Assembly (NCBI GenBank): GCA_049510745.1
Contig: JBEKYR010000024.1
Location: 1-64,000, forward strand
Source of the DNA: Verrucomicrobiota bacterium
Lineage (GTDB): Bacteria; Verrucomicrobiota; Verrucomicrobiia; Limisphaerales; Palsa-1400
Direction: 5' to 3'
DNA length: 64,000 bases
The notes below the pieces were generated by a model, which saw only the letters and a list, made by a program, of their open reading frames with translations, searched no databases and was not told where the DNA came from. Shown one piece after another: positions 18,894 to 28,594 of the stretch. Both the position numbers and the translations under genes were made by a program. Numbering within the stretch: the first letter of the stretch is position 1; the number at the start of each line of letters is the position of its first letter.

Positions 18894-19853
18894 ATGTCTT
18901 CGGAATGGTTCCAGCAAATCCTCGCGGCCGGCCGGCGGTTGCGCGGCCAGGCGCACCGGACACCGGTCCTGACCTCGCGCGCCGTGAGCCAGGCGGTGGG
19001 CGCCGAGGTGTTCTTGAAGTGCGAGAACTTCCAACGCGGCGGCGCCTTCAAGTTTCGCGGCGCGTTCAACGCGATTTCCCAATTGGACGAGGCCGAACGC
19101 AAACGGGGCGTCATCACTTTTTCCTCGGGCAATCATGGCCAGGCCGTGGCGCTGGTTTGCCAATTGCTCGGCGTGCGCGCCACCGTCGTCATGCCCGGAA
19201 ACGCCTCCCCTCTCAAACGCGCCGCCTGCAAAAGCTACGGCGCCGAAGTCGTCCTCTGCGATCCCGACAACACCAGCCGCGAAGAGGTCAGCCGCCGCCT
19301 GCGCGACCAACATGGCTACACTCTGATTCCCCCCTTCGACCATCCGCAGGTCATTGCCGGCCAAGGCACTGCCGCTCTCGAGATGATCGAGGAATTGAAA
19401 GCGCTCGACTGGCTGGTCGCGCCCTGTGGCGGCGGCGGATTGCTCAGCGGCACGGCAGTGGCGGCCAGGAACATGCTGCCGCAATGCCGCGTCGTCGGCG
19501 TCGAACCGGAATTGGGAGACGACGCCACCCGATCTTTCCACACCAAAAGCCTGCAAACCGTCAGAAACCCCGCCACCATCGCCGACGGCACGCGCACCGC
19601 TTCGTTGGGCCAATTCACCTTCCCGCTGGTGCTCCAAAACGTGGACGACATGAAAACCGTGAGCGAGGGAGCGATCAAAGAAGCGGTGCGAACGCTGTTT
19701 TTCCGCATGAAACTGGTGGTCGAGCCTTCGGGCGCGCTTGGTTTGGCGGCGCTTTTGAGCGGCGCGCTTCGCCCGTCCGGCCGCGTCGGCGTCATCCTCA
19801 GCGGCGGCAACGTGGATGGGCCGGTCATGGCGGCGATTCTGAGCGAAGGCTAA
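18894..19853 (+). CDS. PLP-dependent threonine/serine dehydratase family enzyme
   Basis: KCENFQRGGAFKFRGA, SSGNHG, GGGGLLSG, EPSGA, SGGN. Confidence 0.93.
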   Translation: MSSEWFQQILAAGRRLRGQAHRTPVLTSRAVSQAVGAEVFLKCENFQRGGAFKFRGAFNAISQLDEAERKRGVITFSSGNHGQAVALVCQLLGVRATVVMPGNASPLKRAACKSYGAEVVLCDPDNTSREEVSRRLRDQHGYTLIPPFDHPQVIAGQGTAALEMIEELKALDWLVAPCGGGGLLSGTAVAARNMLPQCRVVGVEPELGDDATRSFHTKSLQTVRNPATIADGTRTASLGQFTFPLVLQNVDDMKTVSEGAIKEAVRTLFFRMKLVVEPSGALGLAALLSGALRPSGRVGVILSGGNVDGPVMAAILSEG

Positions 19854-21079
19854 CCTGCCTGCCGATCATCGCCCGCTTCCCGGCCAAGCTCCAAAACGCG
19901 GCAGACAATCCGGGCAATAATCCACTCCTCGTCGGTGCGAATGACCCGCACCGTGGCGGGACTGCCATCGGATGAAATGACGGGCGCGCCGGCCTCGTTT
20001 CTCGTTCCGTCCAGTTTGATGCCAATGAACTCAAGGCCGCGGCAGATTCTGGCGCGAACCTCCGGGGCGTTCTCGCCGATTCCGCCGGCGAAGACCAGCG
20101 TCTCCAAACCTTCCAGCGCTCCGGCCAGCGCGCAAATCCACTTCTTCGCTTGATAACAAAACAACTCCACGGCTTCCGCGGCGCGGACGTCTTCCTTTTC
20201 CCGCAAGAGCAACTCGCGCACATCGGAACTGATTTCCGAAACACCGAGCAAGCCCGACTCGTGATTGACCATGTGATGGAACTGCCTGGCCGTCACCTGT
20301 TCGGCGCGCGCCAGATACCAGCCGAGACCAGGGTCCAAATCGCCCGAACGGGTGCTCATGGGCAAACCGGCGGTCGGAGTAAAACTCATGCTGGTATCGA
20401 TGCTTTTGCCGCCGCGCACCGCCGTCACGCTCGCGCCATTGCCCAGATGCGCCAGAATCACCCGGCCCTGGGCCGCTTTGGCCCCGGCCACCCGCGCCAA
20501 CTCTTCCATGAGATAGGCGCAGGACAACCCGTGAAAACCGTAACGCTGCACCCCCCTGGCAAAATAACGCCGCGGAATCGGCAGCAACCGGGCCACGCGG
20601 GGCATGTCATGGTGGAAGGCCGTGTCGAAGCAGGCGATCTGCGGCAGGTCCGGGAAGCGCCGGTGAAAAGCCTCAGTCAACAGGATTTCCTCCGGGAGAT
20701 GCTCGGGATCGAACGGACTGAGCTGGCGCAGCTCATCCATCATCGCCGGGGTGATGCGCTGCGGTTCCCAGTACTTGGGTCCGCCATGCACCACGCGGTG
20801 CCCCACCGCGGCCAGCGCGCCGCGTTGGATTCTTTCCTGAATCCAATCCATCAGCAGGTTCACCGCGGCCGTGTGGTCAGGCAGGATGACCGGTCGCGAG
20901 AAGTTGTCCGTTTCTTCCAGACCTTTGACGACAAAGCTGCCTTGGGGCAGACCCACCCCTTCCATCCGGCCCGCCAGCATCCGCCGCATGGCCGGGTGGG
21001 TCTGGAACAGGGCGAACTTGATGCTCGACGACCCGCCGTTGACCGTGAGGATGCTGCCGTTTGCGGTGCTCTCTTTCAT
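19850..21079 (-). CDS. ackA: Acetate/propionate kinase
   Basis: NGGSSSIKF, GHRVVHGG, FDTAFH, YGFHGLS, HLGNGAS, TRSGDLDP, GGIGEN, TDEE. Confidence 0.95.
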   Translation of the reverse strand: MKESTANGSILTVNGGSSSIKFALFQTHPAMRRMLAGRMEGVGLPQGSFVVKGLEETDNFSRPVILPDHTAAVNLLMDWIQERIQRGALAAVGHRVVHGGPKYWEPQRITPAMMDELRQLSPFDPEHLPEEILLTEAFHRRFPDLPQIACFDTAFHHDMPRVARLLPIPRRYFARGVQRYGFHGLSCAYLMEELARVAGAKAAQGRVILAHLGNGASVTAVRGGKSIDTSMSFTPTAGLPMSTRSGDLDPGLGWYLARAEQVTARQFHHMVNHESGLLGVSEISSDVRELLLREKEDVRAAEAVELFCYQAKKWICALAGALEGLETLVFAGGIGENAPEVRARICRGLEFIGIKLDGTRNEAGAPVISSDGSPATVRVIRTDEEWIIARIVCRVLELGREAGDDRQAG

Positions 21080-21210
21080 CAAGTGATAAATGGCGCCCGG
21101 ATATTACTGGCGAAGCTTTCGCGCCGTGTCGGGAGGCTGCCCCATCCCGCCCGCCCTGTCAACCGGCAGCGCGGTTCCGGGTATTTTTAGGATTTTCATT
21201 TTTTGGCCCG

Positions 21211-21260
21211 ATTTACCCGGATTTACCCGGATTTGTCCGGATTTTTCCGGATTTGTCCGG
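21211..21260. repeat. Tandem repeat, 5 x 10 bp (ATTTDYCCGG)
   Basis: Read directly from sequence. Confidence 0.9.
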
Positions 21261-22195
21261 GTTTTTCGATTCGTTTTCCAGGTTGGTTCCGGCTTCTTTG
21301 GCAGGTTTTCGGAGCAGATGCCGGTGCTGGCGGTGCATGGGGTCCGCGTTTGGACTGGTCCGGGACGGAGCTTTAACGTTAAGCCTGTCACCTGCAAATG
21401 ACGGCGAATGGTGCATACGAGGGCGAACGTCCAAGGTTTGACTGGCTTGATCGAGGAGCCAATGGGACCAAGGAGACGAATGGGACGAATGGCTGATGCG
21501 ATGGGAGAGGTCTGCGATCCACGGGCCGGTGTTGACCGGGCCGCACTGAGCACTTTGCCTGTTGCATGTATCATTCATGCTGGCTCGATTTAAGCACAGG
21601 TCTATCAAGAGGAAAAACCTACGGAAGGAAAAAAAAGCGAATTTAAGAATGAGTGAACTGGAGGAGAATGAGCGAGTCAGTGAATCAGTGAATGAGTGAG
21701 TGGGGCAAAAGGGGTGCGGAATGGCGGGGGCGATGTTGACCACGAAAGGCACGGAATAGACGAAAAGGGGGGCGGAATTGCCGCGAAATTCTATTTCGCT
21801 GAAGCAATGGAGGACGGGACAACTGGCAAAAGCCTTGGCGCCTTCTTGGGAGCGCGACCGTCCCGCTGCAGTCCCTGTGCCACGCCCAACGTTCCGCCGC
21901 TGAATGAAATCAGTGGCGGAGTCGGGGTCATTCCGCCGCGCTTCAATACGGGCGATTGCCCGTCGCAGGCGCAACACAGGCAGACGCCAAGGCTCTCCTT
22001 TCTCAAATGCCGGTAGCCGTACAGTTTGAACCACTCCCGGTCGATTTCGCCTCGCAGTCGCCCTGTCTCAGCCCAATCTTCCGCGAGACTTGAACCCTGA
22101 AGCGAAAACAGAAACGTATTCCAGTCGCGTCTTGTGAATGTTCTCAAGAAATCAGGACTTGACCATTTTGCCGGGATCGGGATCGATCCACGACA

Positions 22196-24277
22196 ATGTC
22201 TGAGAAGTCGCGGCGTATTCCGAAAGGGAAAGAAGCCGCTCCAAGGAAGCGGTTGGATCAGAGATCCGATCCAAAACGCAGATACACCGTCCACCGCAAG
22301 TTTCCCGACCCGCTTGCCCGTCCGACCAAACGAACCGGAACGCACGCCGCACGTCTTCGCGACGAACAACTCGCCATGCCCTTCGTCGTGCCACAGCGCC
22401 TTGAAGCCCAACCGTTCCTGAAGTGGGCAGGCGGCAAGGCAAGTCTGCTCCGCCAGCTCGAGGAATTCTTTCCGCACGAGATCGACCGCTACATCGAACC
22501 GTTTCTTGGGGGCGGTGCGGTGTTTTTCCATCTCAAGCACCGTTTCCCGGATATGCGCGCGTTCCTGCGCGACAGCAACAAGGAACTCATCAATTGTTTC
22601 CGGGTTGTGCGCGATCGGCCGGTCGAGTTGATGCTCTTGCTCGATCATCACACCGAATCCTTTCACGAAAATGGTGCGGACTATTTCTACCGCATCCGCA
22701 AGCAGCACGACCTGACCGACGATCTCGCCCGGGCCGCGCGCACCATCTTTCTCAACAAGACCTGCTTCAACGGCCTCTGGCGCGTCAACGCCAAGAATGA
22801 GTTCAACACCCCCGTCGGTTCGAACAAGACTCCGAATCTTTACTCGCGCGAAAATCTGCTCGCCGCGTCCGCCGCCTTGCAGGACGCACAACTGGAGGCG
22901 CAGGACTTTCGCACGACCGTAGACGAAGCGCGCCGGGGCGATTTCATCTACTTTGACCCGCCATATCTGCCAATCTCCGCCTATTCGGATTTCAAACGCT
23001 ACACGCCAGACCAATTCCGCGAGGCCGACCAGGTGGAACTGGCGCGCGTCTTTCGCGAACTGGATGCAAAAGGCTGCCGCGTGGTCTTGTCTAATTCCGA
23101 ACATCCGCGCACCCGCGAACTTTACGCCGGGTTTTCCATTCACGTTGTCTCCGCGCCGAGATTCATAAATTGCAAGCCTGGCGGAAGGGGAAGTATCTCC
23201 GAGCTCGTCGTCGCGAACACCGGTGCCACAAAGCATCCGCAAGTGTTTTTCACATCGTCTGCCGAGCCAGAGTTTCCTGAAACGAAATTCATGGGGAGCA
23301 AACAACGCCTGCTCCCGTTCATTCTCAAGAGCCTTACCAAACTGAAATTCAATTCAGCGCTTGATGCTTTCTCGGGAAGTGGCTGCGTCGGGTACGCCAT
23401 TAAGCAAACTGGCGTTCGCGTTTATGCAAACGACTTCTTGAATTTCTGTTTTCACACAGCGCGAGCCACAATCGAAAATAATTCAACGATGTTGACAGAG
23501 GAAGACGTTGGCAAGCTGGTTCGTCTAAATTCATCTGCCCCAACATTTGTTCGCGAAACTTACAAAGATTTGTTCTTCGACGAAAAAGACTGTGAGTTCC
23601 TCGACAACCTGTGGGCAAATATCCAAGAGTTGCAATCCCCACTAAAAGCTTCGATGGCCCTGGCTGCCGCGTCCCGGGCCTGCATGAAGAAACGTCCACG
23701 CGGACTGTTCACATTTACTGGACACAAAGGTTGGGATGGACGTGTGGATCTGAAGCTGTCCATGCGCGAGCAATTCCTCTTCGCCGTCACAGCCTTCAAT
23801 GGAGCGGTGTTCTCAAATGGTCAGCAAAACAAAGCCTTCAACTCAGACGTGTTCGATTTGCAGCCTGATCTTGCTGATCTGGTTTACATAGACACTCCGT
23901 ATATCAGTCCGTATTCGGACTGCGACTACACACGCCGTTACCATTTTGTTGAAGGCTATTGTCGCTACTGGCGAGGCCTCGATATCACGGACACCACCAC
24001 GAAGAAGATTCGCTCTTACGAAACGGATTTCTCGACCAAAGCCCGCGCGCGCCAGGCATTTCAAAAGCTGTTCCACCATTTCTGCAAGTCAACGTTGGTC
24101 GTTTCGTATTCTTCCAATTGCATTCCAAGCAAGAGCGAAATGGTTGAGTTGCTAAAGAATGAGAAGTCGAACGTGACGGTTTGCGAATCGGCACACCGTT
24201 ATCACCACGGCAATCACGCTCACAAAGTTGGTGACAACAAGAACGAAGTCGTTGAATATCTTTTCATTGCTGAGTGA
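22196..24277 (+). CDS. Fused two-domain N6-adenine DNA methyltransferase (Dam/D12 class twice)
   Basis: Domain 1: LKWAGGK, EPFLGGGAV, FIYFDPPY. Domain 2: FMGSKQRL, DAFSGSGCV, LVYIDTPY. Start may be ATG 22376. Confidence 0.9.
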   Translation: MSEKSRRIPKGKEAAPRKRLDQRSDPKRRYTVHRKFPDPLARPTKRTGTHAARLRDEQLAMPFVVPQRLEAQPFLKWAGGKASLLRQLEEFFPHEIDRYIEPFLGGGAVFFHLKHRFPDMRAFLRDSNKELINCFRVVRDRPVELMLLLDHHTESFHENGADYFYRIRKQHDLTDDLARAARTIFLNKTCFNGLWRVNAKNEFNTPVGSNKTPNLYSRENLLAASAALQDAQLEAQDFRTTVDEARRGDFIYFDPPYLPISAYSDFKRYTPDQFREADQVELARVFRELDAKGCRVVLSNSEHPRTRELYAGFSIHVVSAPRFINCKPGGRGSISELVVANTGATKHPQVFFTSSAEPEFPETKFMGSKQRLLPFILKSLTKLKFNSALDAFSGSGCVGYAIKQTGVRVYANDFLNFCFHTARATIENNSTMLTEEDVGKLVRLNSSAPTFVRETYKDLFFDEKDCEFLDNLWANIQELQSPLKASMALAAASRACMKKRPRGLFTFTGHKGWDGRVDLKLSMREQFLFAVTAFNGAVFSNGQQNKAFNSDVFDLQPDLADLVYIDTPYISPYSDCDYTRRYHFVEGYCRYWRGLDITDTTTKKIRSYETDFSTKARARQAFQKLFHHFCKSTLVVSYSSNCIPSKSEMVELLKNEKSNVTVCESAHRYHHGNHAHKVGDNKNEVVEYLFIAE

Positions 24278-25293
24278 AGATTCCAAGCAAAGACGTAATA
24301 CAAGCGGATTCGCCCGAGCGAGTGATGGCGACTATTGATGCTGTCGCGCGAGGCGCGCGCGATGATAAAGACATCGCGGCAGCCATAGGCGGACTGGACC
24401 CGCGCCAGGGCAGATATTACCGGCGCGCGGCTGAAATCCTTGGCCTTATGGTGCGCGACGCCCACCGCTCAACCGTTACCCCGGCCGGCAAAGAATTCGC
24501 CAACGCGCAACATGCTGTGAAACAGGGGCTATTCATTCGTGCAGTACTCGGAGATCCACTTTTCCAACGCCTGTTTGCTTATCTGGAGTCCAAGGGAAAT
24601 TCCGGTGCTACGCGAGGCGACTTGAAAACGTTTCTTGCCCAAGTGGCGGACCTCGGTGCTGATAGCATGGTCAAACGCCGCGTGTCCTCCTACACGAGTT
24701 GGCTGGAGAAGCTCGGCCTCGCGAAGCCAGTAGGCAGTCGTCTGGTGCTCGACAAAGTCCCCGTCGCCGTGCCGATCGTCCGTTACGAATCAGACGAAGA
24801 ACCAATGTTCCCGATTCGTTACGATCTGAAGGAATATGAAGAGCAGGCGCAGCGGGTCGCAAGTCGCCGGGAGGCAATCACCTATTACATTGACCAAGCA
24901 AAGCGTGAACGCGCAACCACGAGCCACGAAACATTGGTGAAGCTCATGGCCGAGCGTTTGCGGCAGCGCGGCGCAATGCCAAAGGCGAATCGTTACATTG
25001 ACCTCTCCGTCCGGTGGGGAGACGCGGATTACTTGTTCGAGATGAAATCCACGACGGACGACAATCCGCACGCGCAGATTCGCCGGGGGCTTTCCCAGCT
25101 TTACGAGTACCGCTACATTCAGAATGTGAAGAAGGCAAAGCTCGTGTTGGTCATTGAGAATCCGCTGCCAAAAGAAAACCGCTGGATGGAAGACTATTTG
25201 ATCCACGACCGGGGAGTGCTGCTGGTTTGGGATGGCAACGGAAAGTTCGATTGTTCAACAGAGATTCGCGAGCAGCTTGAGTTCTTGAGTTGA
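24274..25293 (+). CDS. Putative restriction endonuclease: helical/wHTH-like N-terminal part plus PD-(D/E)xK nuclease
   Basis: GTGA overlap with the MTase; IDL...YLFEMKS...IRRGLSQLYEY catalytic-type motif. Confidence 0.7.
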   Translation: MKIPSKDVIQADSPERVMATIDAVARGARDDKDIAAAIGGLDPRQGRYYRRAAEILGLMVRDAHRSTVTPAGKEFANAQHAVKQGLFIRAVLGDPLFQRLFAYLESKGNSGATRGDLKTFLAQVADLGADSMVKRRVSSYTSWLEKLGLAKPVGSRLVLDKVPVAVPIVRYESDEEPMFPIRYDLKEYEEQAQRVASRREAITYYIDQAKRERATTSHETLVKLMAERLRQRGAMPKANRYIDLSVRWGDADYLFEMKSTTDDNPHAQIRRGLSQLYEYRYIQNVKKAKLVLVIENPLPKENRWMEDYLIHDRGVLLVWDGNGKFDCSTEIREQLEFLS

Positions 25294-25498
25294 ACTCGTA
25301 AAGAACGCAGAGATAAGAGCTTACGTTGTTTTTTGGGGAGTCTGGGTCATTGATTATCAACGACCTGCAATTGGGCATTTGGAAATTTTTGGCAGGGATC
25401 GGACACGGTCGCAGGAGGTCCAAAGGGTGAGATGGCCTTGCCTGCGGAACGGCAGTTTCAACTTGGAACGGGGCGAGGGCAATTGTTAGCCTTTCCCG

Positions 25499-26308
25499 AT
25501 GGTCATTGCCTTTACCAAAATGAACGGGGCGGGAAACGATTTTATCCTGATCGACAATCGGGCGCGGGAGATTCGGCTTCAGCCCGCGCAGATCGTCCGG
25601 TTGTGCGACCGGCACCGCGGCGCGGGGGCCGATGGCGTGATCCTCCTGGTGCCGTGTGCGTCGGGCCAGGCGGACTGGGCCTGGGACTTTTACAACAGCG
25701 ACGGCAGTTGCGCCGAGATGTGCGGCAACGGGGCGCGTTGCTTCGCGCGCTTTGTGCGGCGCTTGACCGGCGTGGACAAGCCGTTTCGTTTTGAAACGCG
25801 GGCCGGCGTCATCGCCGCGCGGTTCGACGGCGAGAAAGTGACGGTGAGCCTGACCGCGCCGGCGGATTTGCGCTTGCGCCGGAAAATCCTCCTGGGCACC
25901 GGCCCGGCGGAGATTCATTCCGTCAACACCGGGGTGCCGCACGCGGTGCTGTTCGTGGAGGACGCCGACAAGGCGATGGTGCAGGCGCTGGGCCGGGAGA
26001 TCCGGCATCATGCGCTCTTCGCCCCACGCGGCGCCAATGTGAATTTCGTCCAGGTGCTCGGCCCCGGCGCCATCCGCGTGCGGACCTACGAGCGCGGGGT
26101 GGAAGGGGAGACGCTGGCCTGCGGCACGGGGGTGACGGCCTCGGCCCTGGTCACGGCGGAGTTGCGCGGTTTTAAATCGCCCGTCCAAGTCCAGGTCCAG
26201 GGCGGCGACACGCTGGAGGTGAGCTTCGCGCGGGGGAACGGGCGGTTTGCCGGCGTCGCCTTGACCGGCCCGGCGGAGTTCGTGTTCGAGGGAAGGATCG
26301 AAATGTAA
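25499..26308 (+). CDS. dapF: Diaminopimelate epimerase
   Basis: KMNGAGNDF, AEMCGNGARC, TGVPH, RTYERGVEGETLACGTG. Confidence 0.97.
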   Translation: MVIAFTKMNGAGNDFILIDNRAREIRLQPAQIVRLCDRHRGAGADGVILLVPCASGQADWAWDFYNSDGSCAEMCGNGARCFARFVRRLTGVDKPFRFETRAGVIAARFDGEKVTVSLTAPADLRLRRKILLGTGPAEIHSVNTGVPHAVLFVEDADKAMVQALGREIRHHALFAPRGANVNFVQVLGPGAIRVRTYERGVEGETLACGTGVTASALVTAELRGFKSPVQVQVQGGDTLEVSFARGNGRFAGVALTGPAEFVFEGRIEM

Positions 26309-27570
26309 TGGAGCGCCCGCCCAACCCGTACGCCATCCTGCGGAACTGGGATTATTTATTTTACTTGACCGGCCGTTTCATCGCCTCCTTTGGCCAGCAA
26401 ATGCTCACGGTGGCGGTGGGATGGGAACTCTACGAACGGACCCGCTCCTCGCTCGCCCTGGGCCTGGTCGGCCTGACGGCGTTTCTGCCCATGGTGGTGA
26501 TGACGCTGCCCGCCGGGCACGTCGCCGACACGCGCGAGCGCAAGAAAGTCATTATCGCCATGCAGGCGGTGCTGGCGATCATGTCGCTGGGACTGGCGTT
26601 GATTTCGTGGCGGCAGGCGCCTGTCTTGTGGATGTATCTTTGTCTCTCGGTGGCGGGCGTGGCGCGGACGTTTTTATGGTCGGCCAGCGCGTCGTTTTTG
26701 CCGCAGTTGGTGGAGCGGAAGGAGTTTCCGCTGGCCATGACCTGGTCGGCCAGCACCTTTCAATTCTCCGCCGTGACGGGTCCGGCGGCGGGCGGCGCGC
26801 TGATTGCGCTGACGCACAGCGCTGTCGTCGTCTATTTGGCCAACGCCGTGGCGTCCCTCCTCTGCCTGGGGATGGTCTGGCTGGTGCGCGCCCATCACAA
26901 GATTCCGCCAAAGGAGGAATTTTCGCTCAAGACCGTTCTGGGCGGATTCCATTTTGTCTTCGGCCACCGCGTCATTCTGGGCGTGATAACGCTGGACATG
27001 TTCGCGGTGCTCTTCGGGGGCGCGACCGCCTTGCTGCCGGTCTATGCCAAGGACATCCTGGGGGTCGGGCCGCAAGGGTTGGGCCTGTTGCAGGCGGCTC
27101 TGCCCGTCGGCGCGGTGACGTGCGCCCTGCTGATGGCGCATCGCCCGCCGATGCACAAGGCGGGGCGTTCGATGATTTGCGCCGTGCTCATCTTCGGCCT
27201 GGCGACGATTGGTTTTGGCTGCTCGAAATGGTTTTGGCTCTCGCTGCTCATGCTTTTCCTCTGCGGTTTCGCCGACAACATCAGCGTGATCGTGCGCCAC
27301 ACCCTGGTGCAACTGCTCACGCCCGACGCGATGCGCGGCCGGGTGTCATCTGTCAACAACCTTTTCATCGGCACCTCGAATGAACTCGGCGGCTTCGAGT
27401 CCGGCCTGGTGAGCCAGTATTTCGGCCCGGTCTTTTCGGTCGTGTCCGGCGGGGTGGCGACGATCCTGGTGGTGATGGCGGTGGCCTGGTACTGGCCGGA
27501 AATCCCGCGCTTCGGCCAATTGGTGCAGCCGGAAGAATCGCCGGCGGAGGCGGAGCCGAAACCATTATGA
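26308..27570 (+). CDS. MFS transporter
   Basis: About 12 TM helices; GHVADTRERKK MFS motif; LDMFAVLFGGA, SNELGGFESG. Confidence 0.92.
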   Translation: MERPPNPYAILRNWDYLFYLTGRFIASFGQQMLTVAVGWELYERTRSSLALGLVGLTAFLPMVVMTLPAGHVADTRERKKVIIAMQAVLAIMSLGLALISWRQAPVLWMYLCLSVAGVARTFLWSASASFLPQLVERKEFPLAMTWSASTFQFSAVTGPAAGGALIALTHSAVVVYLANAVASLLCLGMVWLVRAHHKIPPKEEFSLKTVLGGFHFVFGHRVILGVITLDMFAVLFGGATALLPVYAKDILGVGPQGLGLLQAALPVGAVTCALLMAHRPPMHKAGRSMICAVLIFGLATIGFGCSKWFWLSLLMLFLCGFADNISVIVRHTLVQLLTPDAMRGRVSSVNNLFIGTSNELGGFESGLVSQYFGPVFSVVSGGVATILVVMAVAWYWPEIPRFGQLVQPEESPAEAEPKPL

Positions 27571-27689
27571 AGCGACAGGAGCCGGGATCCAAGATTACAA
27601 ATTTAAGATTTTCAATTTTCAATTTTCAATGACGTTAAAGACCCGCCTCAATACGCGGGGTCCAATTCAAAGCCCAATCTCCACCCGCT

Positions 27690-28544
27690 TCACCGTGCGG
27701 ATGCTCTCGCGCACGCTTCCAGCAGGGCCGCCCCTACTTCTGCCAAGCCCGGCGCCACCATGTCCGGCGGCGGATCGCTGGCGGCGGCTTGTTCCGCGGT
27801 CGCTTCGCCCGTCAGCACCAGCACTCCCAGCGCCCCGCTGCGCCGCGCCATGACCATGTCGGTGTAAAGACGGTCTCCCACCATGGCCAATTGCCGCGCT
27901 TCCAGCGAATGCCGCCTCAAAATGCCCTCCAGCATCGCCACGTCCGGTTTGCCCAGCACCGCGGCCGGGGCGCGGCCGGTGGCTTTCTCCAGCGCGGCGG
28001 TGATTGCGCCGCAATCGACCAGCACCGTCGGTTCGTCGCTCGGACAAACGCAGTCGGGGTTGGTCGCAAAGTAGGGCACGCCCTTGGCTATCCACCAGGC
28101 CGCCCGGCACAACCGCCCATAGGTCAGCGTCGTGTCGAATCCAACGATGACCGCGTCGGGCCGCGCGGCCGGATCGTCGGGCAGCAGCGTGAAGTCCGCC
28201 CTGGCGAACGCTTCGCCCAAGGCGGGCGTGCCGAGGACAAACAGGCGCCTTGTCGCCGGCCAGTTGCGGCGGAGATATTCGATGGTCGCTTGCGTGGAGG
28301 TGTAAATCTGGTCCGGCTCGACGCGGATTCCCAGGCGGAGGAGTTTTGCCTGGTAATCGCGCTCGTTCTGCGAGGGGTTGTTGGTCAGGAACGTGTAACC
28401 AATGCCGGCCTTCCGCAATAGTTCGAGGAAAGGCAGTGTTGTGGGAAAGAGGGTCTCCCCCTTGTAAATCGTTCCGTCCATGTCCAGCGCGATGTGGCGG
28501 ATGCCGGCCAATCGTTGCGGCAGTGGGATCAAGCCGGGTTGCAT
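27690..28544 (-). CDS. HAD-IIA family hydrolase (NagD-like)
   Basis: DMDGTIY, LTNN, GKP, VGDRLYTD. Confidence 0.93.
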   Translation of the reverse strand: MQPGLIPLPQRLAGIRHIALDMDGTIYKGETLFPTTLPFLELLRKAGIGYTFLTNNPSQNERDYQAKLLRLGIRVEPDQIYTSTQATIEYLRRNWPATRRLFVLGTPALGEAFARADFTLLPDDPAARPDAVIVGFDTTLTYGRLCRAAWWIAKGVPYFATNPDCVCPSDEPTVLVDCGAITAALEKATGRAPAAVLGKPDVAMLEGILRRHSLEARQLAMVGDRLYTDMVMARRSGALGVLVLTGEATAEQAAASDPPPDMVAPGLAEVGAALLEACARASAR

Positions 28545-28594
28545 CAGGCCTTGGTCATTTGGACGTTCGGGTTCAAAGCAAAGGGTGCCCGCGC

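Noticed and set aside
21791..23305. 504-aa minus-strand ORF
   Set aside because: Mostly antisense to the methyltransferase; no motif recognised in the non-overlapping part
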